Positions 25,612 through 39,829 of a stretch of DNA of 64,000 nt are shown piece after piece. Source of the stretch: Octopus sinensis. Lineage: Eukaryota. Both the position numbers and the translations under genes were made by a program. How positions within the stretch are numbered: the stretch's first letter is position 1; each line of letters opens with the position of its first letter. The stretch lies in NCBI RefSeq assembly GCF_006345805.1, contig NC_043000.1, positions 146,320,001 through 146,384,000 on the forward strand, read 5' to 3'. The notes beneath the pieces were generated by a model. It saw only the letters and a list, made by a program, of their open reading frames with translations, did not search any database and had not been told where the DNA came from.

Positions 25612-25984
25612 TCTATTATATAAAATCCGTTCTGTCTGTCTGAGTGTGTGTCTTCTAGGATCTCGGGCATCCTCCGTTCGATTGCGCTCAAATTTGATAT
25701 GTAGATACCGACGGTATCAGGGCGTGTAGCGTGTATAAGTCTTGAAAAAATTACAAAAATCGATTTCAGGAGAGAATGCGATCGTTAAAGCCGTGGGAAC
25801 GTGCATTTGTATGCGCAAGTACATCAGTTGAAATCCGTCTTTTGCTGGTGTCTGAAATTTAGGTTAAATCAGTGTTTCTCAAAGGAGAGGACTATGGGAC
25901 GGTCGGACAAGTTGTTTTGAGAAAAATTTGGTTTCAATGTTTGACAACTCAACACCGTCCATTGGACGGGAGGCGTTTTGCTCG
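25612..25984 (+). mobile_element. Non-autonomous Helitron-like element, family 2, copy 1
   Basis: A|TCTATTATATAAAA start, hairpin CCGTCC-ATT-GGACGG, ends CTCG|T. Homologous to 49469-50010. Confidence 0.8.
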
Positions 25985-27449
25985 TATTTACATATATAAA
26001 GCTGAAAGCTTCATATTTTGACATTAAACTTCATGATGTTTTCTCGTTGTTTATATTCTTATAATATGCATATTATTTCGCTTTTGCTCTCTGTTTTTCT
26101 TCTTGAAATATTCTAAGAGATTTTAATATGTATCTCCTTAAATTAGCTAATCCAAAGAACTCAGTGTGTAGCATAAATACAAGGTGTCGAAGTCTCGCTC
26201 TCGTGGATGAACATTTAGGGAGAATACACATGTAGTACAGATACATTATTTTCAGGTCTATTAAGGACAGTTATATATCAAGAACCTTTACAAATAATGA
26301 TTATCATTATTTGTATGGTATATTCATTTCTGATGAAAGTTTTCATACTTTTTAATGTAAATATCCTCGACCGATAAAGATTTCGTTTATTATTTTATCA
26401 TGTTTTGTTTCAAGATAAATGTGTCTGGCAGCGATTCTATTTAGCTACGTTATTGTATTCACACGTAGTCACCAGTCACCGATTAATACGAACATTAAAA
26501 TTACATAACTTATCTTAGGCAAAGAGCAATAAAACTGAGAAAAAAATAAGGTAATAAATATATAAGTACGTGCGTATGTGTAGGTGTGCGTAACTGTGTG
26601 CCTGTGTGTGCGTATGTTTATTTGTCTTCATATCACTGTATTGAAAGTAGTAATTATACATCTGTGGACAAACTATTGTTTAGGTTTCTTTCTTTCTTTG
26701 CTACCTGTCTGTATCAGAACAGTTTTCATCGGAAATTTGTCGTATCAGTTGTGTTTTTGTAGAGCGTTGTAAGGTTGACGAAGACGTTAAACTCCAGCGT
26801 TTAGAGTTGAACTGTATGGGAGAATAACAAATGCCTTTTGAGGAAGAATACCTCTCTGAAACAGCATAAGAGAAGAAAAATATTGATTGAATAGTTTCAA
26901 AATAAAATTAGACTGTCTTGCGGTCTCCAGCATTTTACATGTATAATAACTCGCCTTTTGCAGATGGTCGATATAGGTAATCTTTTATCAAGCCTCGAAA
27001 GAATGAAGTTGACGTTGACTTCGACAAAATTTGAACGTAAAAGGTAAAAGAGCAGAAACAAAACTGCGTCTCTCATCGTACTAGATACAAGCTAAAATTC
27101 TGTGTAAATACGTGTGTTTTATTCGATAACCGTATATATATATATATATATATATATACCGGAGTAAACACATAAATGTGAAACAAGGTGGAAAAAAGAG
27201 TACTCAAATACCAGTGGTAGAGTAATATGCTTTAAATAAAGTATATATATATATATATATTATATATATATATATATATATAAAGAAATGTCAAGAGTAA
27301 AATAGAATGAAAGAGACTTCGAGGCTGAGTCGAGTCTGAGATTACGAAACAGTGTTAAGTACTGGAATAAACATTTATTTTTCCACTCTACTTCTCTTAC
27401 TTGGTCAACTTTTGTATATACCCTCTACCAATAATTCATGGGTTTTCAG

Positions 27450-27540
27450 AATGACGGCCAGTTTACATCCGAAAGTAACCGCGGTCTCACTCTCAAAATC
27501 GACAGCCGTTCATCAGCGTACAGAGAAGTCAGTCGAAAAG
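27450..27540 (+). other. Candidate internal exon (91 nt) of an unidentified gene
   Basis: GTTTTCAG acceptor and AAG|GTAATA donor, GC- and CpG-richer than the flanks. Two frames are open (NDGQFTSESNRGLTLKIDSRSSAYREVSRK or MTASLHPKV..VEK). No homology recognised. Confidence 0.3.
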
Positions 27541-29745
27541 GTAATATTTCCTGTAACTAATGGACATATCATGCAGGATTCACTATAAACCTATGGGTGT
27601 GAACAAGCATTCCGAAACGAGCACAATATCTTCTTTAGAGGCAGTGAAAACTTCGGAGACTGTTGTACATGGAATTATATCCGAAGGATATTTTCAAAGT
27701 GGCAATATGAATCAAGAGAACTCATCAGAATACGCCTTAAAGGTCTAAGAGAAGTAAGTCTCACAGAGAATCTCCAATGATAGTAACGGGTGTATATATG
27801 CATATTATATTCACTCACATGCGCACATCTCTGAGTGCTCTTGATGTGTGTAACATGCTTGTACATTATGATAAATATAGTTTGTTTCTCAGTTAAACTC
27901 ACTCATTCTTTGTTAATTTGACTTAGTATTCCATACATCTAGTTACGAGATAGAGGTCCCTTTTTCGTTTCATATTTTCAGATTGGTACTGTCAGAATTT
28001 ATCTTATTCTTTAGAAGACGTATGAAATAACAACAATCTTTAAAGAGTCGAGGGACCAATACTTCAATTCTATTGCATGAATCATAATTTCTATTTATGA
28101 ATGGAGTTTTATGCATGTGATCGTGTTGGCCTCTGTTTATGTTTACATGACCTCTTTTTATGTTTATGTGTATATATGTATTTGTTGGTGAACGTATATG
28201 TGTATATGAATGCATGTAGACCTTTATGTAAGTATTTGATTGTGAGCGTGTTTGTGTGTGAAGGAATGTGTGTGTTTATATGGGTACAATTTTATATGTG
28301 TTAATTCATTCCATTATGCAAGTTCAATTTCACTGACATGATGCTTGGCACTAAAATTAATAAAATCCGTCAAGCAGTGAAACCGTAAGCCTTGAAACAG
28401 CACTGAACCGATCGCTTATGTTAAATAAATATAACAAAACAGATAAAGAAGACTTGGGGAAAATATTCATGTTCTTATATATCTCTTTGATTTGTTACCA
28501 TCTCAAACGTTTACAAGATTTAGTTTGCAAGTCTTTTGAATAGAATCCAAACCAATCATTGTCATACTATAAAACGAAGAAAATGCAGAAAAGCTTCTAG
28601 CAAAATAAATTGCTGTTATTACTTTTTACGTCGCACACTATACACATAAGATTATTCTCAAATGTTTCTGCTCCCAATTGAGTAATCGAAACCTAAGTTT
28701 TATTGACTTTCTGATTTATTAGTATGGAAGTATCACTGGGACTTTCGAACCAACCAAGTGAGAAATAAAAGAAAAAAAAATAGAATTTACATGAACACTC
28801 AGAGTGCAACATTTTAATTATCCCCTAGCGACTATTAAACGTAATGATTCTAATTTAACTACAAAAATATTGCTTCGATCAATTATTTATACTATGTGTA
28901 TTTATAAAGGAGGCAGAGGCGAGTTAGAAATACTAGATTGCTGGAATAAACACTCTTACGGCATACTGCTCTCTTAGCCTATGTTAAGCTTTCGATTCCC
29001 GACAAAGATAAGATTTGACGTCATTCCTCCGTGTCAGGGAGATTAATAGTTGTATGCTCTGGGTGGGTCAGTCGACTAAACAATTCTGAAAATGAGTCGA
29101 TGAAAATAATCATTAATGGAATGTAATGGGATGAAAATTCTCGCGTATAGCAGACTAAATATCTTAGCTGCTTCCACTCTTCTTTGTAATTTCCAGTGTT
29201 ACCCAGATATTTTTAATTTCATTTAACCCACCTCTGTATACATGTTCCAGTAATGTACCAAGCCCGTACTATTATGCGTGGGCTATACACACTGCTTAAT
29301 GAATTGTTGGCAATTAAAGATTTCATTGATTCACAGTGGGAGAAATTCTCTCACAGGTTATATAAGGGTACGTGTATATACACAGGCTATAGATGTGTAT
29401 GTGTATGTGTGCGTCTGTGTGTTTATGTAATTTATTATCTCTTCTGTTAGTTTAAATCGGATTATATATTCCAATGTGTTTTCCTGTAAGTAATTTTAGA
29501 AGATTATCATTTTAACTGCTGTTTACAGCAAGTCGACCGACCATATGCCAGCACCCAATTAAAGAAAATTGTCTACGAAAGAAGAATTCTCTCAATGTCC
29601 TTTTCCTCTTCTTCCTAACTGTTACAGTTTGGGTTTTATATTTTTAGATATATGAAGTTTGGTGAATCGGTGTGATTTAGAGACTATGTGAGTTTTAACG
29701 TAGTTTATGAGGTCGGGTTATAGCAGCGTCAACTCCGAATTCATA

Positions 29746-30112
29746 CGAGGGCTTATGAATAAGTATCCGGACTATTGCACTAGTAACAAAGCTAAAGCAC
29801 ACAGATTAAATCTGCTGGGCAATGATTGACCTTGAAATCTGCTTTGCAGGCGCACTAAGTTTTAACTTAGATCTAGCTCACTCCCGCTGTTTACAGCCAA
29901 GCTTGGGAGGAAGGTGTGTAGCGTGTGATCGTCGCAATGACCATGACAGAGAAAGTTGTCATGGCGATACCTGCTCAGAGGCCTACGCAAAGTTACAGAA
30001 AGTTTATAGAGGGGGGTGTATGAGCCGCACAGAAGTGTACGATACTTTCAGACGTTTCCAATACGGCCGATAAAATGTCGATATTGACGAACATTTTGTC
30101 TGGATTCTTCTT
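29746..30112 (+). mobile_element. Mariner transposon 5' fragment (left TIR and decayed transposase N-terminus)
   Basis: TA|CGAGGG start; MTEKV..GDTCSEAYAKLQKVY..MSRTEVYDTFRRFQYGR helix-turn-helix region. Confidence 0.85.
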
Positions 30113-30594
30113 CCTAACGTACACAGGGTATTATATCTAGCTAACAGAGCCCTACATTTGTAGGGGAAATGTATCTTTATGCTCAGCATAGTTAAATAGT
30201 CCCTGATGCTCTGTTTAATTCAAATCAAAGCCATTTGTGGAGTACTTCTATAGGGTAAATACTCTCTCGAGCCTTAGGATTCATATGACCCCTTACCCGG
30301 TTAACAGGATGTAGAAGTGAAACGACGCACCACCTACGATCTCATGTGCGACTCCTTAAACACTAGGTCAAGTGCGTGCCACAGTATCTTTTGCGATATG
30401 TAATGTTGTGAACTCAATTATACAGAAACTAATGCAAATGTATAGAAAAATAAATAAATGCACTATAATTTTAGACCCTATACATATATACATACATGCA
30501 GACATACATGCAGACATACATACATACATACATACATACATACATACATACATACATACATACATACATACATACATACATACATACATACATA

Positions 30595-30846
30595 ATGGCT
30601 GCCCCCTCGTTATCGAGTTTGGCCATTGCACGAAGCTTAACTGTTATTGGTGCTGTGATCGAATGTGACTTTTTAGCCCAGCCAAAGATCTACAATGTCT
30701 TGTACAGAATTGGCAACTGATACCTTTACTGGTAATAGCCGGCTGTAGTTGTAACTGGGCTTCATGTTTCTTTGCATGTCGTTTAAGTCCTCCTGCCGAA
30801 TTACACTCTCTTCCACATGCCCGACAGATATGATTAGTATGGTGTG

Positions 30847-30848
<2 letters not shown>
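30595..30848 (-). mobile_element. 5'-truncated LINE 3' end encoding two C2H2-like fingers, flanked by (TATG)n
   Basis: CRACGRECNSAGGLKRH and CQFCTRHCRSLAGLKSHIR, then a stop, a short 3' UTR and an (ATGT)n tail. Resembles the C-terminal fingers of RTE-like LINE ORFs. Confidence 0.6.
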
Positions 30849-30877
<29 letters not shown>

Positions 30878-30880
30878 CAT

Positions 30881-30915
<35 letters not shown>

Positions 30916-32655
30916 TACATACATACATATATACATACATACATACATACATACATACATACATGTTTGTAAGTATATGTATGTATACCCGTGGAAAACC
31001 TGCTCTAGCAAAAATTCTCTTTTAGTTCTATACCTTGTGCATTGGGATGCATACAAGCATGTTACCCAATTATTTATGAAAATGGCTGTTTCAGGATTTT
31101 AGGAGAAGCTGTATTGCTTGGATATTGATTCAGATAATACTATGATGTTTTGGGCGCCATTCTAGTAACCAGTACTAACATTCTATTTCAATTATGTTAG
31201 TAATCGCAATAACCGCTGAGTTAAGCTTTGGATAATTGGAATCCATACCGAACTTTCTATAATGTCCATTTGTTGTGAAACCTACATTGTAGAGTTGAAT
31301 TCTCATTAATCAGAAAATACAAACCCGTTTTGATATAACACTGATGCTATTTTAATTCGCTTTTCTCACTAATTATTCTCAGAATAATACGAGCACAAGG
31401 CAAGCAAATGTAACTCAAATCTAAATAAGTAGCTCAGAGACTTTGCATCGTTTCTCTGATTTTGTTAAAAAGAGAATTGTTACAGCGGACAATTGAAGTG
31501 TTTACAATATGAGGTTAAATGATTCTTTGTTTTGTTCAAATACACTATAGTCGGTTTTTATTCTCACAGGAGCCGATAAGAAGAATTTATACAAGGTTTT
31601 ATTTAAAGTATCACCGAGTAGTGAAACGGAAAAAAAATAAATAATAAATAAATGATTATTTTCCTTTGTAAGTTTTACAAATAGAGTAAATTGGAGAGAA
31701 GCTTTAGAAGAGCTCCAGACCTGTTTTCAATTGGATTCAACTCAATTGACTTTTTACGTTGCCAATGGTTTATTGAAAATCATGAACTTCACAGCTCGCG
31801 TCACGTTATTAGTGGTTAGTAGGAACAAAAAAAAATGGCTTTTTTTTTCGTAGGATAAAACTAATATCCCAATGGCCAATGCATAAAGAATTATAATTTA
31901 GCTCTAAGTTCGTCCCCATGGGGTTGATTTATTTACAGACGTATTCACGCCAACAACCATCTATTCGTTGTTTCAAATTCATGCTTCGATGACGATAAGT
32001 TGTGTTAGGGCGAGCTGGAAATGAATGCTATTTTTATCAGTCTAAACGAAAATACAGAGGGTACCTGAAAAGCTTGGTAATCTGAATTATTCCAATTTTT
32101 TTTTATCAGAACGGCGAGATTAGGGACAGTTTCGACCTCTAGAATCATCATATCAATGACTGTAAGTACGTTGTGTGTATGTGTGTGCGTCATTAATACC
32201 CCTATATTTTTTTATGCTGTTCATACACATGCCACTGGCCACTGAGTTACTTATGTTGACTCTTCCTTGTTTAAAGTATGCAAATTCCTTACGTCATAGA
32301 TGTGTTCTGTTCTTTTAATTTTTTCTTTTTTTACTGCATAAATCTGAGTCTCTTGATTTCTGAAGACAAGTTTGGACAATTGTACTGATGCTGGGTATTT
32401 AACCGGAAACGCATACCTGTCATTGTCTTCTTATCTCCAGGAAAAAACCTCTACTTTTTCTGATTGGCGACTCAATTTCGAAAATTTCTTAACTTTTAAG
32501 ATTATTTCCCTTTTTTGTTTTAGTGTAGCTGGTCTCAATTGCTTGTTGGTAATTATAATGCATCCTTTAGGAGCGGAGATAATTTTAATAAGTCAAGAGA
32601 ATGATGTATGGTGGTCCGCTATTTCCCTCTCAGGAAAGAAAAGAAAAGAAAGAGG

Positions 32656-32690
32656 ATTTCACGTTTCGATCGGAGCTCTTCATCAGAAAT
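32656..32690 (-). ncRNA. Decayed minimal hammerhead motif in a Penelope-pLTR-like fragment (about 32620-32826)
   Basis: ATTT-CTGATGA-A-GAGCTCCGATC-GAA-ACGT-G-AAAT. Stem I and the core are intact, stem II has one mismatch and position 17 is G. Confidence 0.6.
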
Positions 32691-32824
32691 ATAGAAAAAG
32701 TCCAAAGATGGGAAGACGGAGTAAGAAAATCGCCAAAGATACACACGCGGTCACATATTGAGATGAGCGGAAGGGAATGGGTGAAGAAAAAGTTCCTTCT
32801 AAGGCAGGAGAGTGCAAGTGAAGG

Positions 32825-32885
<61 letters not shown>

Positions 32886-32888
<3 letters not shown>

Positions 32889-33120
32889 TCTTTTACACTT
32901 TTACTCTTTTACTTGTTTCAGTCATTTGACTGCGGCCATGCTGGAGCACCACCTTTAATCGAGCAACTCGACCCCAGGGCTTATTCTTTGTAAGCCTAGT
33001 ACTTATTCTATCGGTTTCTTTTGCCGAACCGTTAAGTGATGGGGACATAAACACACCGGCATTTGTTGTCAAGCAAAGCTAAGGGGACAAACACAGACAC
33101 ACAAACACACGCACATATAT

Positions 33121-33178
<58 letters not shown>

Positions 33179-33358
33179 ATATATACACATATATACGACG
33201 GGCGTCTTTCAGTTTCCGTCCACCAAATCCACTCACAAGGCTTTGGTCGGCCCGAGGCTATAGTAGAAGACACTTGCCCAAAGTGCCACGCAGTGGGACT
33301 GAACCCGGAACCATGTGGTTGGTAAACAAGCTACTTACCACACAGCCACTCCTGCGCC
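32886..33358 (-). mobile_element. SINE family B, full length
   Basis: Complete GGCGCAGGAGTGG head, expanded central (TA)n and the tail. Confidence 0.92.
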
Positions 33359-33914
33359 TATATATATATATATACGTAGGTGTCCCCAAGAAGAGTTTCC
33401 CCCTGCCCACACCGAAAGCTGCTTTCTAAGAAAGCTGCACTAAATAGAACCCTGACCAAATGTCTGTTCTAAACCATGAATGATATGTCTGATGAATTAG
33501 AAACAATTTCACCGCCAATGAAATTATTTTTTAGAAATAATTTTTATTTTGGTCTCAAAATATCAAAGGAATTATACTCAAATTATTTCAAAACATTGTA
33601 TCCATCCCCACTGATTCCATTCTTCTCCACCTACTCCATCTTCTTTTCGTAAACGCCGTATGGTTTTTCTCTTTGTCCTTTGAATAATTGTATTTTGTAC
33701 GTTTTTTTTAAACTAATACAATTGTTAAGAGTGCAAAGCAAACCTAGCCTCTACTCTATATAACCAATAGATTCCGACTACCACAGAGCAAACCCTTCCG
33801 TGCACTGAAGGACACTCCCATGTAAATGAAACAAGGAGAGTGCATAAAGCATTTTGTGGATGCCGTCTTCCAATAACACTTCAAAGTTATTATCAATAAT
33901 ATTATTTATTAATA

Positions 33915-34368
33915 TTTAGAGCGGCAAGCCGATAGGATCTTTAGCGGAATTTCGTCCATCTTTAAGATCTGTGTTCAAATACCGCCGAGGTTGACTTTGC
34001 CTTTCATCCTTTCGGATTCGATAAAATAAGTACCCGTTAATCACAGGGGCCGATATAATCGAATCACCCCGCGCACGAAACTTCTGGTCTTGCGCCAAAA
34101 TTGGAAACTATTACTCTTTACTATTTTACTTGTTTCAGTCGTTTGACTGCGGCCATGCTGGAGCACCACCTTTAGTCGAGCAAATGAACCCCAAGACTTA
34201 TTCTTTGTAAGCCTAGTAGCTGTCCTATCGGTCTCTTTTGCCGAAACGCTGAGTAAACACACCAGCATCGGTTGTCAACCGATGTTGTAGGGACAAACAC
34301 AGACACACGAACATATACATACATGCATACATACATACATACATGCATGCATACATACATACATACAT

Positions 34369-34399
<31 letters not shown>

Positions 34400-34406
34400 T
34401 ACACAC

Positions 34407-34449
<43 letters not shown>

Positions 34450-34608
34450 TACGATGGGCGTCTTTCAGTTTTCGTCTACCAAACCACTCACAAGGCTTTG
34501 GTCGGCTCGAGGCTATAGTAGAAGGCACTTGCCCAAGGTGTCACGCAGTGGGATTGAACCCGGCACCATGTGGTTGGTAAGCAAGCTACTTACCACACAG
34601 CCATTCCT
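33915..34608. mobile_element. Decayed SINE A (plus, about 33915-34105) abutting SINE B (minus, about 34112-34608)
   Basis: Homology to both families, meeting tail to tail. Confidence 0.8.
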
Positions 34609-35648
34609 ACAAAAAGAATATACCCTTGTTCGGTTGTTGACGCACCAAAATATTAATTTCAAATAAACTCAAAGTCTAATTACATTAATAAATGCAACCT
34701 CTTCTGGATTTGAACTAAGACAGATGATGTAAGTAAATAACACGTCATAAAATTAGTACTCAGCGTTACAAATGAAGATTTCCGATTAAGCATTTGCAGA
34801 TACCATGTATTTTCTGAACGTGTTTCTCGGCGAGCGTGCATATGTGTATATATATTTATACACACGTGTGCATTTGACTGTGCGTACGAGTGTTTGTACA
34901 CTTTTGTATGTGCGTGTGCCTCTTTTTCTTTCTGTTATGCTTATGTTCTGACAGACATATTATTATTCTATTACATACTCTGTCTCGTATTTTCTATGAT
35001 TTAACAATATATCTTTAAAATGCTTCCTTATAATTTTCTTTCTCTTTATTTTGTTCTGCTTATTTTGAACAATTTGTGTTGTTTTTGCATAAAATATCTT
35101 TTTTGTTGATTTTAGTTTCATTTCTATCATATTTATTATTTTATACGTAATTGCTTTCAAAATGAATTATTTTATTTTCTTCTTTGCCTTACCACATCAT
35201 GGCGTAATTTAGTATTTCTGGTGACTCGTAAGATATTCTTAACTTGTTATGCATCAATGAACTCTGTAGGAGACCAAAAGTTATAGTAACGAAACTGTTC
35301 AACTGTAAAAAAGAAATGGAGTAGAATGCCGAGTTTAAATAAACATGGTAAAGAATTATTGCAAAATAAAATAAAAAATTGAAAAAAAAAATAACAAAAT
35401 TAAATCAGGAAATGGCGCCATCTCTCACTTGCTGTTTGCGACTGTAATTTACTTCGGGATTTTGATTACCAATGATATTGATGTAAACAGGAATAGGGAA
35501 CATAGGCTGAGATAACTATCTTCAAAGGGCAATTTGTACTTTGAATCAGGGAATGAATGCATATGTATGCATGCTTGTCTACCCTTGTATAGTTAGGAAA
35601 ACAGCAAACAGAGCCATGTGTATGCGCACACGCGTGTGTGTGTATGGT

Positions 35649-35680
<32 letters not shown>

Positions 35681-37792
35681 GCATTCATAAAAAGAGCAAG
35701 AGAAAGCAATTTTGAAGACCATTCGAAGGGGTAGAAATAGCAATGAAATCGACAAATCACGAGCTGCAGTTTTTGTAAAATTACATTTAGGGAAATGTTA
35801 GACCTTGGTTTCATGTGCCGAAGGGAAAAAGAGGGAACAGTTGTGGATGCAATGCCTTTAATTTGTAGTATGAGAGATTATCTGTGCTGAAAAACACCAA
35901 CGCCGACATTCATAGTCGGCATCACGCAAAAAGGATTTGATAGTTACACTGACATTTCGTCTGAATACAGAGATAAATATAAAGAGACACCGAAAAGTAG
36001 ATGGATCTGTTAGTCAAAGATTTAAAGAAAAGCACAAGACTGGGTAACAGTGTGTGATCCATTCGTGATCCATGATGTTATATGGGGTATTTAAAACAGA
36101 ATTCCACCTAGCTCTCTTCCAGATACATTTATGCCCCATGCACTTAGAGAAGAGATTATTTAAATTAGTTATTACTCATGTAGCCCCAAATTCAGACATG
36201 AGTTTTTGAAAATTGGAAATTATCAAATTAGATATTAGTGTGGTAAAAAATTAACATACATATGTTACGTGTCGTAAACATACAAACATGGGAGACAGAC
36301 AAATAGAAAGACACACGCACACGAGCGCGTGCCCACACATATACATACATACATATCTAATGCGCTTCTTTCAGATTCTGTTTACCAAATAGCCCCACAA
36401 ATGTTTGGCCGGTCCGAGGCCATTGTAGAAGACCCTTACCAAAGATGTGGCAGTAGGACTGAACCTTGAACAACACAGTTGTGAAGCAAACTTACCACAC
36501 AGACAAGCCAGCACTTATCCAAAGACGTAATTCTGAAGCTGACACTCGAGATTATAAATTACTGCAATCTCACAAGCTTAATTCTCTACGTAATTGAAAT
36601 AAGTTGTTATTTTTTAATTAAAGTGTTAAAGAGATATAAAACAAATTCATTCCTATTTAATTGACGAACTGCTGGAATTGAAGTTTAACTAAGGTATGGA
36701 ACAAACACCAGGAGCGAAAAGCAGTTCCTATGTGTTCATTCGTGGTTAAAATTGCTCTTCCTCTATACAATTTCATACGCGTGTGTGTTTGTGCGTGTTT
36801 AACTAATTGCCTTCATTGTTGCTACTATGAAGAACAAAAGCTCAAACTATTGGTCCAAGGAAGATTACAGGGCATGGGATATTTTTGCTAGATTTTTGCT
36901 CAAACGTTTAAGGTTGGCGTGTAGTCATTTTACAATTTTTCTCCTTCGTACGGCAAAACTTCAGAAGAATAAAAACCCTATAAGGGGTTTTCTTTTCTTT
37001 TTGTAAATAATGTTAGTATTGATGTTTAAATCGGTTAAATACCTTTGCCGATGGAGATTTCGATGGAATTTAATCAAAATTTCAGTCTGTTCAACTGCTC
37101 GTTTGATAAGTAGCAACAGCAATTTGACGTATCTTCATTTTTTTTCCAACACTTCAGCTTTATTTATGGCTTCCTGTCTGACTAAATTTATATTTAGTTG
37201 ACATAGTTGGAACAAGTTTCAGAATTACTGTTTACATAAGGTAATGAAGTAAGTGATGAACAAACGAGGACTGGAAGAAAAAGAAACAAAATACATTACA
37301 ACTGCTAATCATCATTTAGACAGTGGAATTGTGGGAACTTTCTATATGATTATCGTTCCATACCGATAAAAAAAAAAAAACGGGGAGAAATCATATGCGT
37401 CTAACATCATTAATGCAAGAGTAACCAGATTAGTGATTTTATTCTCATGAAAGTTTTCGGAGCAAAGAAGATAGCAATCGCTATGCGACATTTTAAACGA
37501 CAAAACAAAATCTAGCGAAAGGCAGATGATATTATCACTGATGTGTAGGGTGTTTTCTGTGAAAAACAAGCCGTATACAAAAATTAAATGTGGAATGTGA
37601 GTAAAGTTAATTGTTAATAAAAATCTATATTGTATGACTGTCTGTGTGTGTTACAAGCGCACACGCTAGCACGGTATGTGTGCGTGTATGTGTGTGTAGG
37701 TATGTGTGTAGATATGTATGTATGTACGTGTGTGTTTATACGTATGTATGTATATATATGTATCTATATATGTGCATACGTACATACAGAGC

Positions 37793-37893
<101 letters not shown>

Positions 37894-39229
37894 TTATATA
37901 TATATATATATTCATGTATACGTAGTCATGTATATATTTCAATGTATCACGATGTACGTGTTAAATTGTATATGAAGACTTGAAAATAGTATCGATTGGA
38001 ATAAAGGTCAGAGAATCAACAACGTAATCTCAAGTCTCGATAGAATTTAGGATATAAGTTTGATAAATAATCGATAAAAACGAATTAAAGGGGAAATTCT
38101 AGGAGTCACGGAAGAAAAACTTGAATGAATTCTCATTCTCATTCTCATTTTTCTTGAAAGGGATTACATATTTGTTTATTACTTAGTATTTTTCTAACGT
38201 TTCCATTTTCTTTCTCTCACAGAAACACATACAGACACATACACGCACGGCATACATACATACATATACAAGTATGTACATTTGTGTGTGTGTGTGTGTG
38301 TCGATATTTTGTGTTTTGCTTCGACATCGCTGTCACGTTCTTATGTAAAAGTTGCATCTCAACGATTTACACAAATAGTGTAAGATGTACACAACTAATA
38401 TAGATGGTGATTGTAATAAAAATGATGGTGGAAATGAAATTAAATACAGACAATTCTCTGACATTGAAATGAAGTATATGTGATCACCTGACAAATAAAA
38501 AGGAAAAGAGAAAATGTATCGGTGACCAGCAAATCCTTAATGGGAAATTTTTAAGAGTCCTAAACACGTAGCGGATGAACAAATCAATACGTTAGAAATG
38601 TTTCAAATTATATTTCAACTGAAACGTGTGTTTAACTCTATATGAGTAATATATGTGTGGGCATGTTTGTACTTATAGATATCTGATGAAGCCCCTTTAA
38701 CTAAGGTATACTTCTTTAAAAGTTATCAGTTATAAACATAGTCGTATGTATTAAATATATTTGTATGATCATCCTTTCTTTGAAAAATACAGATATGTAG
38801 TTTTGCAAACATCACTGCTCAGCAGTTTGAATAATTTTCCCCTATATTGTTTTCTAACATATCCGGTATATTTTTTATTGAATTATTTTAACTGTACACA
38901 GTCTGGGAAATATTTTATTTTTGCTTTGAGCAGTAACAATTCTTTTCAAGAATGGTTGCTATAATTCATCATGTCTTCTAGTTGGGTTGGTCCATGTGCT
39001 TGACCTCTTTCGGTTGCAATGTCATCTTCTTATTCTGGCAGAATGCAACCAACTATTTTTAACTCAGTCGCTTTATTGTAGTTCAGCGAAGGCATAGGAA
39101 CATTTACCAGGAATATGCTGCTTATGAAATCAAAGACTGTTTTCATCAATACTACAGAGCCAAAAAATATATCTTATTTGAAGCTTGTTATTTCAAATAA
39201 TATTGGCACTTGTTTCTTCTGATATATTC

Positions 39230-39378
<149 letters not shown>

Positions 39379-39829
39379 ATTTTTTAGTAGCTTTATTTTC
39401 ATGATATCGTTATATATTATGATGTATGCGAGTTTATCTATAGCTGACTGTTTTAAGAAGTCTATGGCATATCGTATTTAAGCTGTAACATGTGAATTGC
39501 GAACACAGATTTGCTGCTGAACCAATATTCAGTTTTCATGAATGATCATGCTTTAAACATGCAAGAGAATGGAAACGAACCATCTTCAAACTGCAGAGTA
39601 ATCGCAGCATGATAGTGTTAAACCGAGTGGCAGATTATGACATATGCGCATGTATGTTTGCAGAATTTGTGTTCAAATGCAATGAAGAATTGGCATATAA
39701 GAAATTTGTTGAACTTTCTTGCAATTTTTCATGGCATATATTAAAATTGAATTACGTCGCAAATGAACACATATTTTGAGATTGAGTATAGTGGAAGCTA
39801 TTTTAATATTAATAGTTTAGTATAGGCTG

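Noticed and set aside
37010-37240. Minus-strand peptide-like stretch (NLVRQEAINKAEVLEKK..)
   Set aside because: Contains a stop, is short and has no recognisable motif; cannot be supported without a search.
38686-38712. CTGATGAAGCCC partial hammerhead-like start
   Set aside because: No closing stem II or downstream GAAA; at most a remnant.
39108-39151. 44-nt minus-strand segment with AG/GT boundaries
   Set aside because: Such matches are expected by chance in AT-rich DNA; no partner exons identified.
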